Source: an uncultured Candidatus Rokubacteria bacterium (GTDB lineage: Bacteria > Methylomirabilota > Methylomirabilia > Rokubacteriales > DASRDR01). From it: a stretch of DNA of 64,000 nt. Below, one piece after another: positions 1-7,913 of the stretch. The DNA lies in assembly GCA_963805625.1 (NCBI GenBank), contig CAWDVE010000021.1, positions 320,001 through 384,000 on the forward strand. The letters run 5' to 3'. The notes beneath the pieces are model-generated. The model was not told the DNA's origin, did not search any database, and worked only from the letters and a program-made list of their open reading frames with translations. The position numbers were made by a program, and so were the translations under genes. How positions within the stretch are numbered: the stretch's first letter is position 1; each line of letters begins with the position of its first letter.

Positions 1-260
1 GTGAGTGGCACGAAGGTTCCGACCGACGTGATGAAGGATCCTGGGTCACCCGAGTAGGTGCCGGCGCCGAAACCCTCGAAGTGCTCGGTTACCACGCTCA
101 GACCGCCCAGACTGCTCAGATAGGCGCTCTCCGCGGCCTGGGCTTGGGCGAGAGAGCCGTCCCCATGGACGGTGAAGATGGGAACCGCCTCCGCTTGGAC
201 GATAGCGAATAGGCCGATCACAACCGTCACCAAGCATCCGAGCGTTCGCGGAATGGTCAT
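1..260 (-). CDS. Secreted protein, N-terminal part running off the left edge; possibly PEP-CTERM type
   Basis: Manual translation, not in the ORF track: MTIPRTLGCLVTVVIGLFAIVQAEA-VPIFTVHGDGSLAQAQAAESAYLSSLGG..., open to base 1. Signal peptide with an AEA cleavage site. Confidence 0.7.
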   Translation of the reverse strand, partial: MTIPRTLGCLVTVVIGLFAIVQAEAVPIFTVHGDGSLAQAQAAESAYLSSLGGLSVVTEHFEGFGAGTYSGDPGSFITSVGTFVPL

Positions 261-271
261 ACCCTCGGGAA

Positions 272-288
272 AGCAATTCTAGGACCGG
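272..288 (-). promoter_or_regulatory. Candidate sigma54 promoter
   Basis: Minus strand CCGGTCCTAGAATTGCT fits GG-N10-GC with TTGC at -12. Confidence 0.5.
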
Positions 289-349
289 ATCGGGGAGTCC
301 TTTTATGGCAGCCATTTAGTCCGCTAGGATGTTCCCGCCACCGATCAAA

Positions 350-389
350 TGTAAAGAGAACAGACATCTTGGTGTAACGAGAGAGGACA
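350..389. promoter_or_regulatory. Two tandem TGT-N11-ACA enhancer-like sites
   Basis: TGTAAAGAGAACAGACA (350-366) and TGTAACGAGAGAGGACA (373-389), 60-100 bp upstream of the sigma54 motif. Confidence 0.55.
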
Positions 390-539
390 GCATCGCAACG
401 CCGGGCAAGGCTGAGGCGCCACCCAGGTCAGACCCACAAACCCTGGGCACGCTCGCGACGCCAGGCCGCTTACTGGCGGAGCGTGTCGAGGACAACCTGG
501 TCCGTCTGGGCCATCGGCCAGGCTGCTGCGTTCTGGCAG

Positions 540-720
540 GCCCTCGGAGCCAGTGGTACGCGCACGTGTAGAGATCCCGCGCCCGGACTTGACGCAACGG
601 TTCCGGACGACCATCGAGGTGCCACAAGCCTGGTAGGTCAGCATGCCGGTCAGGAGGTACTTCGAGGCCACGTCATTCGAGGGGCGGCCCCATACTCGGC
701 CGTTGGTGTCCCGGAGGGAC
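540..720 (-). pseudogene. Large serine recombinase zinc-ribbon remnant
   Basis: LRDTNGRVWGRPSNDVASKYLLTGMLTYQACGTSMVVRNR, then after a frameshift LYTCAYHWLRGP; matches the YLLxG..CxxCG..M...YxC pattern. Confidence 0.6.
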
Positions 721-729
721 GATTGCTCG

Positions 730-1290
730 CTCGACCAGGTTCAGCCACGACGCGCTGGGCGGCGTGACGTGCACAGGACAGCGGGGTCGCTTCGCCAATC
801 AGCGTCGAATCAGGCCGTCTTGTGGGTGCCGTAGTTGTCCAGGATGAGATGGACATCCAGGTCAGCCGGGACCTCGACGTCGATCGTATCCAGGAACTTC
901 CGGAACTCGAGGCTGCGATGGCGCCGATGGAGCTGGCCGATGACCGTGCTCGTCTTCGCGTCGAGCGCCGCGAACAGCGAGGTGGTGCCGTGGCGGACGT
1001 CGTCGTGGGTCCGCCGCTCGACTTGGCCGGGCCGCATCGGCAAGAACGGCTGGCTTCGATCGAGCGCTTGAATCTGCCTCTTCTCGTCGACACCCTGCAC
1101 CAGCGCGCGGTCTGGCGGCCGGAGGTACAGGTCCACGAGATCGCGGACCTTCTCGATGAACAGCGGCTCGGCCGACCGCGTGAACGTCTCGTGCGGGGGG
1201 CTGCCCGCGAAGGCGCGCCAGATGCGGTGCACGGCGCGCCGGCTCAGCCCACTGGCCTGCGCCATCGAGCGGGTGCTCCAGTGGGTGGCG
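730..1290 (-). mobile_element. IS630-family transposase pseudogene
   Basis: THWSTRSMA...[12 protein letters not shown]...[12 protein letters not shown]...[12 protein letters not shown], continuing after a frameshift and stop as LIRR*LAKRPR...SASWLNLVER. Both ends truncated. Confidence 0.9.
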
Positions 1291-1291
1291 T

Positions 1292-1660
1292 AGAGGTAGA
1301 GGAAGCGATGGGCGAACTGCCCCCGGTAGAGTAACCGAAGAGATCGAAGCGGTCGCTCTCGACCGCGTGGCAGCCCGCGACCTCCTCCACCATCTGTAAC
1401 AGACACAGGTCATGGCGCACCGTTGTTCCGATGCCTAGCGTCTGAAAGCCGCTCTCGCAGTCGAAGCGGGGTGCGAGTACGAGGCACCGATGTGTGGTTG
1501 CAAAGTCGCGGAAGAGTTCGACGGCGCGATAGCGGGGAATGCGCGGGTGGACCGGCAGGACCGAGACGAGCAGCCGAAAGGCGTGGCGGCCATCATACGT
1601 AGCGGGAACATACAGGTCATAGGTCGCGGCGTCGGCGAGCTGCTTCCAGGGTCATCATCC
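1292..1660 (-). pseudogene. Alpha/beta hydrolase remnant cut off by the IS630 fragment
   Basis: Manual translation YDLYVPATYDG...LVLAPRF...[20 protein letters not shown] shows a GxSxG nucleophile elbow with frameshifts. Confidence 0.6.
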
Positions 1661-2194
1661 ACCTTCCTTTGCGGGCAAGGGCCGAAACCATTCCCCTAGA
1701 CCGAGCTGGTTTGGAGCCAGGATTTTCAGAGGCCAGGGATGCCGCCTATGCCAACCGCAACCCCAACCACTCGCTCCGCCTTCGGTCCCTTTCGCTGCGA
1801 CCCCTTGCCTGCGGCGGCGAAGGTCACCCCTGGCGGAATAGGGAGTCGTGCAGCTTATCCCGCTGGCGTTGGGTTCAGGGGCGGCACGCCGGTTCGGGCG
1901 CGGCGACCGGTTGTAGCGTCGCGTCTAATCGATCACTCAGCCAGATTAGCCATCCGCTGAACCCGCACTATTGTAGGTGTGTTCGCCTTATCAAGGATCT
2001 CCGATGGCACGACTTGGGCCTAGGCTGCCAAGTTGGCCGATAGCCCACCTTCCGCAAATGTCCTGACGGCCGGCGTCAGCCCCCGCCCGGCCACCTTGCC
2101 ACTGGGCGTGACATTCACTAAAGGCTCACTACATTCTATTTTCCTCTGGTTCTTTCTTTAGATACTAATCGCAGACGCTCTGATCGTTGAACAT

Positions 2195-2210
2195 TGGTCC
2201 GTATATTGCT
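2195..2210 (+). promoter_or_regulatory. Candidate sigma54 promoter
   Basis: TGGTCCGTATATTGCT (GG-N10-GC) after an AT-rich stretch, about 80 bp before the ATG at 2288. Confidence 0.6.
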
Positions 2211-2287
2211 AAGTCCTTCGCCCGGCGCAGTGGGATGCCGAATCGAAACCCCGAACGAATGCTGACCGGGCGAGGAGAGAGCCTTCG

Positions 2288-3448
2288 ATGATGCGCTACG
2301 GACGACGAGTCGTGGTCCTGATCGCTGCCGCGTTGGGCGTACTACCGGGGAGCCCTGCCAACGCGGGTCCGATCCTCGTTACGGGCGCAGGGCTCGCCGG
2401 TGGGCCGCACGTGCGGGTCCTTGACGCGGCGACTGGAGCTGAGATCATCTCTTTCTTTGCTTACGATCCCCAGTTCACGGGGGGTGTCCGGGTGGCGACT
2501 GCGGATGTCAACGGTGATGGAGTGCCAGATGTCATCACGTCGGCGGGGCCGGGAGGTGGCCCGCACGTGAAGGTGTTCGATGGAGCCTCGCTACTCGTGG
2601 GCCAGGTCGTCGAGCTGCAGAGCTTCTTCGCCTACGACCCGCTTTTTGCCGGTGGGGTGTTCGTGGCGGCGGCCGACACAGCACAGGCTGGGCCTCCGGG
2701 TCCGCAAGGTCCGCAGGGACCCGTCGGCGCCCAGGGAGCGACGGGCGATGTGGGACCGATCGGCCCTGCCGGTGCTGTCGGCCCCGCGGGGCCTGATGGA
2801 CCTCCTGGGCCGGCGGGACCGACTGGCGCTGCGGGACCAATCGGCCCTGCCGGCCCGACTGGCGCCACTGGCGCTGCGGGACCAATCGGCCCTGCCGGCC
2901 CGACTGGTGCCACTGGCGCCGCGGGACCAATCGGCCCTGCCGGCCCGACTGGTGCCACTGGCGCCGCGGGACCAATCGGCCCTGCCGGCCCGACTGGTGC
3001 CACTGGCGCCGCGGGACCAATCGGCCCCGCGGGGCCCCAGGGTGATCCAGGCCCGAGTGCCTTCATCGTCGGCGGGGGCACCGGAGGCCAAAACCTGAGT
3101 GCCATCGCGGACAGCTTCGTCCCAATGCTCGACAGCCTGCGTACAGCAACCGAGAGCATAGCGCAGCAGGAGATCACGGTCGCCGGCACCCTGTCGAAAC
3201 TCCGCGTTCGGATCGACGGCGCCGCGGGCACCGCCGGCAGCGGCAAGTCCTACACCATCACCGTCCGCGTGAACGGCCTCGACACGGCTGTGACGTGCAC
3301 GATTCTTGAAACCGCGACGACCTGTTCGGACTCTGCGCACACCCTGACCCTGAACGCCGGTGACCTCATCTCGCTGGGCGTGGTGCCGAGCGCCTCGAAT
3401 CCTACTGTGCGGCCGCTACGCTGGACCGCTCAGTTTTCCGCCTCGTGA
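2288..3448 (+). CDS. Secreted collagen-like protein with N-terminal FG-GAP-like repeats and a beta-rich C-terminal domain
   Basis: Signal peptide; two [10 protein letters not shown]...FFAYDP..GGV repeats with DVNGDG; about 40 Gly-X-Y triplets; GAGGAG RBS. Confidence 0.9.
   Translation: MMRYGRRVVVLIAAALGVLPGSPANAGPILVTGAGLAGGPHVRVLDAATGAEIISFFAYDPQFTGGVRVATADVNGDGVPDVITSAGPGGGPHVKVFDGASLLVGQVVELQSFFAYDPLFAGGVFVAAADTAQAGPPGPQGPQGPVGAQGATGDVGPIGPAGAVGPAGPDGPPGPAGPTGAAGPIGPAGPTGATGAAGPIGPAGPTGATGAAGPIGPAGPTGATGAAGPIGPAGPTGATGAAGPIGPAGPQGDPGPSAFIVGGGTGGQNLSAIADSFVPMLDSLRTATESIAQQEITVAGTLSKLRVRIDGAAGTAGSGKSYTITVRVNGLDTAVTCTILETATTCSDSAHTLTLNAGDLISLGVVPSASNPTVRPLRWTAQFSAS
2825..3030 (+). repeat. 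45-bp tandem repeat, about 4.5 copies, encoding [15 protein letters not shown]
   Basis: Near-identical units start at 2825, 2870, 2915, 2960 and 3005. Confidence 0.95.
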
Positions 3449-3896
3449 CGTCGCGCTCCGTCCAGCGAACGATCAACGCCTGAGCGGACACGCAGATCTG
3501 GCCGGAGCCACGCCTCAGGCAGGAGGACGGACCGCGTAACCCGGCCCGGGAGACGCCTGCCGTGATACCGGCGCGGGGCTCCACCGAGCTCAGCGTCCGA
3601 AGAGCCGGGGCGTCCCGCCGAACACGGCGACGAACTCGAGTCCGTCCCGCACCAGAACATCCGCTCCGCGATGCTCATCGACCTTCGATCGAGAGGCGGC
3701 GCCTCGGGCAGCACCCGGCATCACCATGTCGCGGTCGTTCACCAAGATGACGACCTCGCTATGTCGGCCACGCGTTGCAGCGTCTGAGCGTCATCGACGC
3801 ACGGCTCTGGCGAGGGAAGGCCACGTGCCCTCCAGGCGGCCGTAGAAATCTGATTGGTGTTCGACCTTCACGGCGAGGTGCAAGGCCGCCCGGGCC

Positions 3897-4361
3897 TCAG
3901 CGTGACGCGAAGACCGTCTGCCGGCCGCCCTTGTCGAACGCCAGCACCTGGTAGGGTGCGGCGGGCTGCCCGGAGGTCTCCATGCCGGGAGACCCGGGCG
4001 GCATACCGGGCACCGCGATGCCCACGACCGACGGACGCTCCCGGAGGAGCCGATCGATCACGTCGGCCGGCACGTGCCCCTCGACGATGTATCCGGCCAC
4101 CAGCGCGGTGTGACAGGCCGCAAGCGCCGACGGCACCCCAAGCTGCCGTCGAAGCCCATCAAGATTCTCCGTGTCCTGGATCGCGACCGGGTAGCCGTGT
4201 GTGCGCAGGCGGCCCGCCCACGCTTCGCAGCACCCTCAACTGGGGGAGCGATGCACCGTGACCAGGGGCCGGCCGGCCGGGGCGGCCGCCGCGAGCCTCG
4301 CCGCTGGAAGGGTTATCAGTCCGCCGATTAGCACTTCGCGCCGTCCCATTCCCCGTACCAT
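3897..4361 (-). CDS. DUF411-family metal-binding protein with in-frame TGA (candidate Sec) at 4236-4238
   Basis: ORFs 4236..4715 and 3897..4136 share a frame: VTVHRSPS*GCCEAW...ACHTA...YIVEGHVPA...GIAVPGMPPGSPGME. The TGA replaces the first Cys of the CGCC motif. Purine-rich RBS before ATG 4361. Confidence 0.8.
4203..4223 (-). promoter_or_regulatory. Candidate SECIS-like hairpin
   Basis: GCGUGGGCG-GGC-CGCCUGCGC forms a 9-bp stem with 2 G-U pairs, starting 12 nt after the UGA. Confidence 0.45.
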
Positions 4362-4793
4362 CTGTCGTCTCCCCTCCCGCACGCGCGGGTTACGCACAGC
4401 CTCGCCAATTGGAAGCACAGTCGCACGCGCTGCCTTGAGGATCATGCAAGACCGATGCCGCACCAGCCCGCGGGGTGAGATATCACACTCGCCTGGACAC
4501 GGCTGTCGGATCGGTGGTTTCTGCGTCGATTCACGGCAGCCGAGACTGTGTCCGGAATCCCGCTGGGGTGCCCCGGCCACGGGATGGTGCGGCTGTGCCC
4601 CAGCCGCCAGGCGATCGGCCACGCTCTTGATCTGGTCGTTCAGGCCCACCACTCCTGGATCACCACGATGCTCCGTGCGCCGGCCGCCGAGAGCACACGC
4701 CTTGCCCCGCCGCATCGGCCCTCTCGAGCGTCGTCGCGACGAGGACTTCCCGTCGCCGGTCGGGGTGAAGCCGGCGCGCTAGCAGACCTCTGA

Positions 4794-4970
4794 CTCCACG
4801 ACCTCCGGCATATGCTCGCGTCTCGGCTGACCATGTCCAGCGTGGATATCCTGACGGTCAACGAGCTCCTCGGCCACAAGACACCCGCGACGACCTTCGA
4901 TACAGCCACCTTTCGCCGGGACACCAGCGGGACGCGGTGGAGCGACTCGTGGCCGTACGTACCCACCTGA
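4794..4970 (+). pseudogene. Tyrosine recombinase/integrase C-terminal remnant
   Basis: LHDLRHMLASRLTMSSVDILTVNELLGHKT, then after a frameshift LRYSHLSPGHQRDAVERL; contains HxLRH, LGH and the catalytic Tyr. Not in the ORF track. Confidence 0.85.
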
Positions 4971-4982
4971 TGATTCCGTTCA

Positions 4983-5216
4983 GGCATCTACACGAGAGAG
5001 GACTCGCTGGCTGTCCCACGCGGGCCCATTGACGCGGTATTTCCCCTTCCGGACTTCAGAGCGCGCTTGCTGCATCAAGATGTCGCTCAGGTCACCTACA
5101 ACAGCGCCGTCACGTATGACGGAGTGGTTCAGCACGCTCGACGCAGCTCGATATGGTCACACACTCCGAACGGGTGGGTACGAAGATTTCACCAGGGCAC
5201 ACCGTATGACGCTTAA
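4983..5216 (+). pseudogene. 5'-truncated DUF4440/NTF2-like protein
   Basis: GIYTREDSL...DVAQVTYNS...ARRSSIWSHTPNGWVRRFHQGTPYDA*; no start codon. Confidence 0.65.
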
Positions 5217-5601
5217 CAGGTGCGCCGGAGCAAGCTGGTGCCGGGAGGGGGCCTCCATGCCCCGAAGCCCACCAGGTTCCTCGTCCAACCGGATCGGCAC
5301 TGCCGGACCGTCACGGCCGGGATCCTGGTCGTCGCTTCCTTGGCGGCCGGCGCCGCCGCGTCGTAACGATCACGATCAGTCCACCTTCAGCTCGACCAAC
5401 TCGTTCACGAGGCGCGGCAACTCCTCCACCTCGCCATCCGCATGGAGCGCCGGGCTGGGTCGCCCGCTCGAGATTGCGGCCAGCGGTGCGGCGACCGTCT
5501 TGCCGGCACCGAGCGACAGCCCCCGTCGGGATCTTTTGCAGTTTGTTACTGTTCTGGGGATGACACTTGCCAGATGCTTGAAATCTTTGGGGCGCGCTGC
5601 C

Positions 5602-5617
5602 TGGCACGAGGCGTGCT
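5602..5617 (+). promoter_or_regulatory. Candidate sigma54 promoter
   Basis: TGGCACGAGGCGTGCT has a perfect -24 TGGCAC and GG-N10-GC spacing; TGT-N10-ACA lies about 40 bp upstream. Confidence 0.6.
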
Positions 5618-5653
5618 TCCTCTTGACTGACAGATTCCGACAGCAGCTGAGCC

Positions 5654-5799
5654 ATGAGGAGCGCCCCGCCTCGTGTTGACTTCGATCACCCCAGCCCTGC
5701 GACCCCCGTCAGCGTCCCGGAATCGACCACGCTCGCGCTGCTCTCGGCGGGCGCCGCGGCCGTGGCACTCGGGGCGCATGCTGGTTCCGCCGCAAGTAG
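5654..5799 (+). pseudogene. Remnant reduced to a PEP-CTERM-like sorting tail
   Basis: MRSAPPRVDFDHPSPATPVSVPESTTLALLSAGAAAVALG, then after a frameshift ACWFRRK*. Confidence 0.55.
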
Positions 5800-5856
5800 T
5801 CCCGGCCCCGCGCGGGGTGCCTGAGAAGGGAGCGAGCTGCGGACGGGGCTACCGCC

Positions 5857-5884
5857 GCCGGGGGTGCTAGTGTGGCCTTCGCTC
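5857..5884 (+). repeat. Left copy of a direct repeat flanking the PEP-CTERM gene
   Basis: GGGGTGCTAGTGTGGCCTTCGCTC matches the 6629-6652 copy at 22 of 24 nt. Confidence 0.75.
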
Positions 5885-5929
5885 TGCCAAGCGTGCTCGG
5901 CAGCACACCTCAAAGAGGAGAAAACAAAA

Positions 5930-6568
5930 GTGAGCCGTTTTGTCTTGGCCATCGCGGTTATTTGCTTGACACTCAGCGCGACCGCACATGCAACTGTCTT
6001 CCGCTTCGACACTGACCCGTTCGCCGGATCAACCGCATTGACAACACCAGGACGACAAATCGTCGGCGGGGAGACTTTTATCACCTTTGACATTGCAACG
6101 GACATCTTTTCGCTGGAATCGACTGTATTCGGTGTGGGAAGCTCAGTCCTATTCGTAAACGATTTGGCTGCCAATCTGCCAACTGGCGGCGTGAACGTGA
6201 TCGTGTTGCAGACTTTTGACAACGATGCCGATCCGACAACGCCGTTCGCCGCCGGTAACGCCGCAAATTTGATTGCGGACCAAATTACATCGCCGGGCCC
6301 AGGGTTCTTCATTTATTTCAACCAAAATCTCGACCTGCCCCGTCTGGTGTTTTCTACCGATCTGGACGACAATACCGCCGACTTGAAGATCCTCTTTCGC
6401 ATGACAAACCTGACCGCTCAAGGTGGCCGTGACGCAATCCCCACGTTCACTGAGGCGAACTTCGAAATCACGACAGTCCCTGAACCATCCACCCTGCTAA
6501 TGGTGACGACGGCTGGCGCATCCCTGGCCTGTCGCTACGCGTGGCGGCGCAGGCGGACGCGGGGTTGA
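5930..6568 (+). CDS. PEP-CTERM sorting domain protein
   Basis: GAGGAG RBS and GTG start; signal peptide ending AHA; C-terminal VPEPSTLLMV-hydrophobic-WRRRR. Visibly lower GC than its flanks. Confidence 0.92.
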   Translation: MSRFVLAIAVICLTLSATAHATVFRFDTDPFAGSTALTTPGRQIVGGETFITFDIATDIFSLESTVFGVGSSVLFVNDLAANLPTGGVNVIVLQTFDNDADPTTPFAAGNAANLIADQITSPGPGFFIYFNQNLDLPRLVFSTDLDDNTADLKILFRMTNLTAQGGRDAIPTFTEANFEITTVPEPSTLLMVTTAGASLACRYAWRRRRTRG

Positions 6569-6625
6569 ACTTCTCCGAACGATCTGTGAATCCAACGCGG
6601 CACACTTGAACGCGGCCGCCGTGGA

Positions 6626-6652
6626 GCCGGGGTGCTAGTGTTACCTTCGCTC
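6626..6652 (+). repeat. Right copy of the direct repeat flanking the PEP-CTERM gene
   Basis: GCCGGGGTGCTAGTGTTACCTTCGCTC. Confidence 0.75.
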
Positions 6653-6699
6653 GAAAGAAGAGAGTGAGGCGAGGGCTAAAGAGGGAGAAAGCGTAAGAG

Positions 6700-6790
6700 A
6701 GAGCTTAGTCGGAGACGCACTCCTGCGATTCGGATTGGCTCCCCCGTGCGGAAGTTGCGCCCGCCGTCGCGCCTGAGGAGCGCGTAGAGC
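6700..6790 (-). pseudogene. Possible HU/IHF fragment
   Basis: RRDGGRNFRTGEPIRIAG resembles the GRNPxTGExI arm motif; very short. Confidence 0.4.
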
Positions 6791-6899
6791 CCCTTGTATG
6801 CTGAGCTGTTGCGGGTTCGCAGGGTCAGCAATCGGTTGGCCTGGAAGCTCGACTCCTGGACCGTGACTGATTCCGCCACCTCGCCGCGCACCAGCGGAT

Positions 6900-7549
6900 G
6901 TAGCCGCCGAGGCGAGCCGGGCCGCTTCCCCTTCCGCGACGAGCGGCCGGTCCTCAGGCACCGGCAAGGCGTCGAGGCTCCGCGCGATGGCCGCCGACCA
7001 GGCGGCGCACGCGGGCCGGTGCGCCTCGGGGATCCCGAGGAGGTCGCCGATGATCGCGCGTGAGAGCGGCTCGGCCAGGTCGGCCACCACGTCCATCCAG
7101 TCGGCCGCCGCCACGCGCTTCAGCAGCACGTCGACGTGGGACTGGACGCGCGGACGGTGCACCTCGACGGCGCGCGGCGTGAAGGCGCGGCTCACCGTGT
7201 CGCGGAGCCGCGTGTGGTGCGGCGGGTCGCGGAAGAGCATCGACTGCCGGTGGCCGCCGGTCGCCGGGCAGCTGGCGAGCGTGAGGCCGGCGCCGGCGCT
7301 GGTCGCCGCCGACCCGCCGCCCATCCCGAAGTAACGCTCGAACCCTTCGCGCCCGAACCGTTGGTCGCAGCGGACCGCCGCCACGTCCGCGTGGCGCGTG
7401 AGGACCCAGAGGCCACCGGTGTCCGGCGGACCGGGGCCGTGGCGTTGAGGCGCGTGTAGCGCGGATACGGGTCGGTGAAGAGCCGCGGGGGCGGGCGGGC
7501 CGAGGAGGCCGTCTGGCTGCCGGGGCGCGTCGAGCGATGGGCGAGTCAT
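6900..7549 (-). pseudogene. Cytochrome P450, N-terminal half only
   Basis: DPYPRY, a frameshift, then WVLTRHADV...SMLFRDPPHHTRLR..VSRAFTPRAV...DVVADLAEPL...DLLGIP; no heme-binding Cys motif. Confidence 0.85.
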
Positions 7550-7663
7550 GCCCGGGGGAGAGGGCAACCGGGGTGCCAGCGCGGCCTCGTCGGCGGGCCG
7601 CGTGTCAATCGGGCTGCCGTGATGCGGCCCTGCCCGGCGCATCGCCCGCCAGCCGCCGCCGGC

Positions 7664-7731
7664 GAATCCGCTCCGAATCCGCACGGAATCCGCTCCGGAG
7701 CGGATTGGGGAGCGGATCACGGAGCGGATTC
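7664..7731. repeat. 3+3 inverted iteron-like array
   Basis: GAATCCGCWCS at 7664, 7675 and 7686, then inverted GGAGCGGATY at 7697, 7709 and 7721. Confidence 0.85.
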
Positions 7732-7913
7732 CGGGCCCGGCCGCGATACGGGACGTGGGCGCCCCAGGCCGCCCGGCGTTCGCGGCGCCGCGACGCAAGC
7801 TCGCGCCGGGACGCACGTGGGGCTGCCGCGTGCCGCGGTCGTCCGGGCGCCGATCGGGCCACGCCCCCGAGTGTCCGCCCGGATGGCGCGGCTCTTGCCC
7901 GGCTCCGTCCCCC

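Noticed and set aside
2825-3030. 45-bp repeats as a CRISPR array
   Set aside because: There are no unique spacers, the repeats encode in-frame collagen triplets, and no cas genes are present.
795-4793. In-frame TGAs in the IS630 and integrase remnants as Sec or as an alternative genetic code
   Set aside because: They fall at non-Cys positions in frameshifted fragments, and many intact genes such as katG end in TGA.
5210-5240. GCTTAAC at the DUF4440 stop as an integron attC end
   Set aside because: It fits RYYYAAC, but I found no matching GTTRRRY core or stem downstream and no IntI gene.
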